A DNA stretch of 55,709 nt, counting the filler, from Jimgerdemannia flammicorona (taxonomy: Eukaryota): the NCBI GenBank assembly GCA_003990765.1. It is 3 parts of 3 records of this genome, joined end to end, with 100 filler letters (N's around TTAATTAATTAA, not from the genome) between each part and the next. Parts side by side here need not be neighbours in the genome. Positions count along the whole stretch, not along the records: positions 37,208 to 55,709 come from RBNJ01002196.1; 2 more parts are not named here. One strand, written 5' to 3'. How positions within the stretch are numbered: the stretch's first letter is position 1; each line of letters begins with the position of its first letter. The notes under the pieces are model-generated. The model saw only the letters and a program-made list of their open reading frames with translations. It was not told the DNA's origin and ran no database searches. A program made the translations under genes and the position numbers. Below, one piece after another: positions 50,901 to 55,709 of this stretch.

Positions 50901-51224
50901 GCTGGTGTGGGAAACTTTAAGCTTTTCCAATCTATATGTTATTTTTAAGGTGTTGATTAGGGGTAAATCTAATCCATAAAATATATTTGTCATGGAGTAT
51001 CCCGCGAGCTCACCAACAACATTGAGGATGGAAGGGTCAACCACGAGACATGTCTCGGGCTAACCTGATGTGGTCGGGGCAATTCGTTGGTTGGTGAGCA
51101 ACGTCTCACAAGACAGCTGCATGTCTAACCCGCTCCATGCAACAAAAAAAATCTTCTTTCACTTCATTCAGGAAACAGACATATACCCTCTCCCGAAACT
51201 CACGCACACATCCACATATCGCCC

Positions 51225-52980
51225 ATGGCTAACTTTAACAAAATAGTGAGTCTTCCGCACTCCTCTCCTAAGCAGCAGGCCTCTATGCTTACCCCACTTG
51301 ACCCAATTAGGTCAGCCGTGTCAACGAAACACGATGGGCGAGGCTCTACATCGCCATGGCGTGCTTTCAAGTCTTCATCATTATCATAATCCAAGCATTC
51401 ATCGCTGTCAAGAACACGGAGGAGATTAACCCCATTTCCAACGCACCCTTTCCGACCGGAAATTTAAGCGAGGAGGACCGCATGCGTGCTTTAGATAGAT
51501 TCAAACGTATCAAGTGGGAGAATATTGCATTCATCGGGTTCCAGGGATGGTTTTTAGGAATGGCGTTTGATGCGGTAAGTTGTAGGATTGAGGTGGGAGA
51601 AATACATTTACTAACGTGGTGAGAAGCATTCTCACTCCGTTTCAATCTGGCCACATATACAATTTCTCCTCAACCAATCCAGACTGTCAGCCAAAACGCT
51701 GCTGAAATTGTTGCCCTCGCCGTTTTAAACATGATCTGCGCCATCTTTGGCGCGGTGGAAGTCGTCGATGGCTCGAAATGGACCGGCAAACTCTGGGGCT
51801 ACGGGATTGACATCACACCCTTGTCCATCGCCGAGAAAGCCGAGATCGCACTTACCGTTTGCATATTACTGTTTGCCGGCGCGTTTGCGTGGTTGTCATG
51901 GGAGATGTATCGGCAACTTGGGTGGAACATTTACAAGAAGTTGGGTGCGGACATCAGTCTCAGAGGTGAATATGCTATTTCATAACGGTTAGGTTCTGGT
52001 TTGGAGCTTTGCTTGGGGTTGGTGGGCCGATATAAGAGAGATATGTGCAACAGAACAAACGTTTGGATTTTTTTTTTTCTTTTTTTTTCCCCACGGTTTA
52101 GAATGCCCCATGCATCATTACTTAATTTCTCCATCTCTTTTCTCTTCCATTTCTTCGTACTTCCACAGTCATGTACCGCTGGATCCAATTTTTTGTTCTC
52201 ACCCTCAAGATCAACATCTTCACGCATTTCATTGTCTCGCTCTTCTACCTGATTCAGTGGGCCCTCAAGAACGACAACGGTTTTGATTGGGAAACGTTGG
52301 TTCAGATTGTCATCACTGTGTTGATCCCTCCGGCATTGTGGTTCGCGAGGGTTGTGGTGAGTAATAGCTTTCTTTCTTTCGAAAAAAGATATTATCGCTC
52401 ATGTTTTCCCCCTTATGCTGTGGGTAATTACTGAACTCGGCCACTGAAAAACTACCCCATCCTAAATTATAGGTCAGCAGGGAGAGCCACTCGCTCATGA
52501 TGCTCTTCATCGTATTCCAGCTTGTTATAATTATTCATTTCGGACTTATCTTCAGTGAGACGATGGAGCCAAGCAATAATTGGTATTTCTGGATATGTCT
52601 CGGTGAGTGGTTGTTATTTTCGGTCTTGATCTACACGCAGAGAAATTGAGATAGCGAAAAAATTGATGTTGGACAGGGATAAAAACGAGCGGCATGCTAA
52701 CTACTCTTGTTTGTACAGTCTGGCTCGGTATCTTCATGGCAATAATCACCAGCGTTGAAGGTTTTATGGTACGACGCAACTTTGGCAAAGGGTTAAAGCC
52801 TTTTGGTATGTATCTGTTTCCGTTGGGTATTTCGTTTCTCATTCCCCCTCCCCCGAAAATTAAGTTTACAAATGTGACTTATTTCTCATAGTGCAACGAG
52901 GGCAACGCAAACAGGATCAGGATCTTGAGTTGAACCAGAAGCAGAACGCCGGTTCTCCACCAGATTGGACCATCGACTAA
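51225..52980 (+). CDS. Multi-pass membrane protein, UPF0658-like, paralogue 1
   Basis: Seven exons (51225-51245, 51311-51574, 51683-51965, 52169-52356, 52473-52602, 52719-52805, 52892-52980). Motif MYRQLGWNIYKKLGAD...LKINIF...RNFGKGLKP. Confidence 0.8.
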
Positions 52981-53403
52981 TAGCAGTCGCAATAAATAGA
53001 ATAGAGAAGTCCCTCTTTGAGGGTTGAACTTAGTTTAGTTTCTGCATGGCGAGAGGAAAGGTGTCTCTTGCTCAATTTATATATATATATATATATAAAC
53101 ATAGTATCACCATTCTCGTCCTCCACCTTTCCCCTCACACAGCTGTTCTTAATATTCCTCGGCCCTCTCCCCTTTTTCTTGGTTTGCCCCATCATTACAC
53201 ATTACACTTGTAGATTATTGTTAATGAAATTCAGTTAGCATTGAAGGGGATGTGGCTGTGACTCTAAATTGGGCCGTGGCTCAGCGCGTGTAAACTTCAC
53301 TTGATTTCATGCTCCCAAGACGCTGAATAACGCACCATCCTTGGAAACAGATACCCTTCCATACTTTCCAATCACACAAATCACACACTGAAACTACCTA
53401 GAC

Positions 53404-55613
53404 ATGCCAAACGTTCAGAAATGGGTGTGTATCCGTTTGTTCTTCCACTCCGGCCATCACTGTGAGCCAGTTCCATTGCTGCGCCTCGCTGATACTTACT
53501 TCATTACCTTTCCAGATTACCCGTATAAATGACTCAAAATGGACTCGCATCTTTTTGGCCTGTGCCATATTACAAACCATTATCGTCCTCGGCCTTGAGG
53601 GCGCCATTCTCTTCGAGAACTTTCAAGCGATGCAGCCCTTGACAACCGCGAAGGCGTCACCAAGTTTCCCGGACAAAGAGGGGGTCAGCACAGCACTCGA
53701 TCGGCTGAATAGGATCAAGTGGGAGAATGTCGCTTTTATAGCATTCCAACTTTGGGCGTTGTGGTTGTCCTTTGACGGGGTATGCTATTTCTCCTTTGAT
53801 GATTGAGAGCCTGGCCGAGACATTATGAATGGGCCATATCGAGGTCCGCCACGGATGTTCGATCTTCCCCAGCACGATACTGCGCAGATTAACATTGTGG
53901 TCGCTCAACGAACTATCTTCACATCCATCACAGATCATCAACCAAAACACGGTCGAGATCATCGCAATTGCCGTCATCAATGGCCTCTGCGCCGTCGTGG
54001 GTGTCGTGCAAGCCGCCGATTCCGCGAAATGGATTAATTATATCACAGCATTAAAACTTGATATCTCAGATCTCACGACTGGCGAGAAGATTGAGATCGC
54101 GCAGACTACCTTCGTGTTTTTGTTTGCAGGGTTTTCGGCTTTTGTGTCGTGGAAGCTGTATCAGTCGTTTGGATGGAATATTTACAAGAAGATTGGCGCG
54201 GATCTGGACGTTCAAGGTATAATATCGCTAGTCTTTTTCCTTGCGGTTTGGGGATACAAATGATGAATCGCCAGGGGTTTTAGGAGTCGAATTCTTATTT
54301 GATCATGTACTGAGCTTCTCCAAAAACCCTCTTTGTTCCGTTCCGTTCATTTTGTATGTATCTCGTTCGGAATCACCGCCTCTCTAACATCAACTGGTCA
54401 CATATTGCCTATACAGTTATGTACAAGACCTTCCAGTATTTCGTCCTGATTCTCAAGATCAACATCTTCTTCCAGTTCCTGTCGTCCGGCTTCTATCTCA
54501 TCCAATGGGCCCTGAAAGAAGGGTTCAGATGGGAGACGGTGTACCTCTCTGTTGTCACTGCGCTGGTTTTACCTGCATTGATCCTTGGGAGGGCATCGGT
54601 GAGTTTAAGTGATGATTGACAAAGGGCGGCGACGAGTTTCAAGCGTGGGGGATTCTTTCCGCATACATGTCTACGTTAAGCAATGCCATTTTTTTATTTA
54701 TTTATTTTTATATCTCACTCCGATTTGTTTTTATAGGTCAGCACCGAAAGTCGCATGACCATGATCATCTTCATCAGTTTCCAGGGCCTTATCCTGACGC
54801 ACTTCGGGTTGATCCTCTCTCAGACCTTGTTGCCGAGAAATAACTGGTATTTCTGGATTTTTGTTGGTATGTATGAGCGGAAGGTTTTTGCATGTTCGCC
54901 CAGTTTCAGTTCGTGGTTAGTTGTCGGAAATCGCGGATATTTTTGCATGTACATGTTGATGCAGGTGTGATTTCATAATTTTGGGTCAGTTATTCTCTCG
55001 CTCTAATCTGACACATTTATTTTTCTTTTCGCACAGTGTGGTGCGGCATTATCCTGACTGTGGCAAGTAGACTGCAGCGTTTATACGTGAAAATTCCCCG
55101 TTACCGATAATCATATTATGCATGCAATTGTGTTGGTTTTGAAGTAACACGGAATTTCTCGACATTTGCATCATGCAAATGTAGGCCACCGCCGTCATCG
55201 CTTACTTGTGCATGCGCAAGTTTGGCACCGGGCTGAAACCCTACGGTAAGCATTTAATTAAATTCATATCGTGGACGTCATCGCAACTCGCATCCATTCC
55301 CCAACCCATCGTGGCGTAGTCTTTCAACACTCAAACACTCACCAAATTGCGTTTTTCAGTCCAACGTGGCTCTCGAAAATCGATGGTATCAGGAGCTTTC
55401 GGTCCGGATGGTAACGCCTTTGCGGACGGAGGCGTGAACGGCAAAGCCTGGGAAATCGACGATGTACAAAATAATGAAGAATTAGCGCGGTTTGACCTCG
55501 AGGGAGCTCCGAATGACAGGGAACGATTGCACAGCGTCGATTTGAGCGAGCGATATGCGCAACAGAATTCACCACTCGAGAGCCGGTTCGCGGAGAAGAT
55601 TCTGGTGGAATAA
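53404..55613 (+). CDS. Multi-pass membrane protein, UPF0658-like, paralogue 2
   Basis: Same exon plan as paralogue 1 plus one extra GC-AG intron. Motifs RIKWENVAF, LYQSFGWNIYKKIGAD, LKINIFF and KFGTGLKP. Confidence 0.8.
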
Positions 55614-55709
55614 ATTGAGGTGGCAGGTCAAATTGGATGCCGGGGTTTGTAGTCGTCAACGTTTTGAAAAAGTATAGCATGCACTGTAATGTAAAGTGTC
55701 TTTTTTTTT

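Overview
Eukaryotic DNA from an intron-rich fungus. An early-diverging Mucoromycota/Endogonales-type host is inferred from the gene families and the endobacterial-type DNA. The window is scaffolded across two 100-bp gap linkers. Left half (1-~30 kb) is a nested, transition-mutated transposon field. It holds a TET/JBP-like dioxygenase pseudogene, a full-length L1/Tx1-like LINE inserted in a Copia fragment, a Ty3/Gypsy remnant, a complete Copia (LTRs, PBS, PPT, TSD) and a ~1.2-kb non-autonomous poly(A) retroposon family. It also contains a MITE, a pseudoknotted RNA-like element and a complete type III hammerhead ribozyme. The middle holds a two-TM gene family (two intact copies, one hypermutated) and a Sola1-like transposase pseudogene. 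That pseudogene lies tail-to-tail with a ~560-codon gene that reads only in the Mycoplasma code (TGA=Trp), a candidate transfer from a Mollicutes-related endobacterium. The right part holds ordinary fungal genes: CYSTM-like, RAX1-like, RRM-RGG-RRM and two tandem UPF0658-like membrane proteins.
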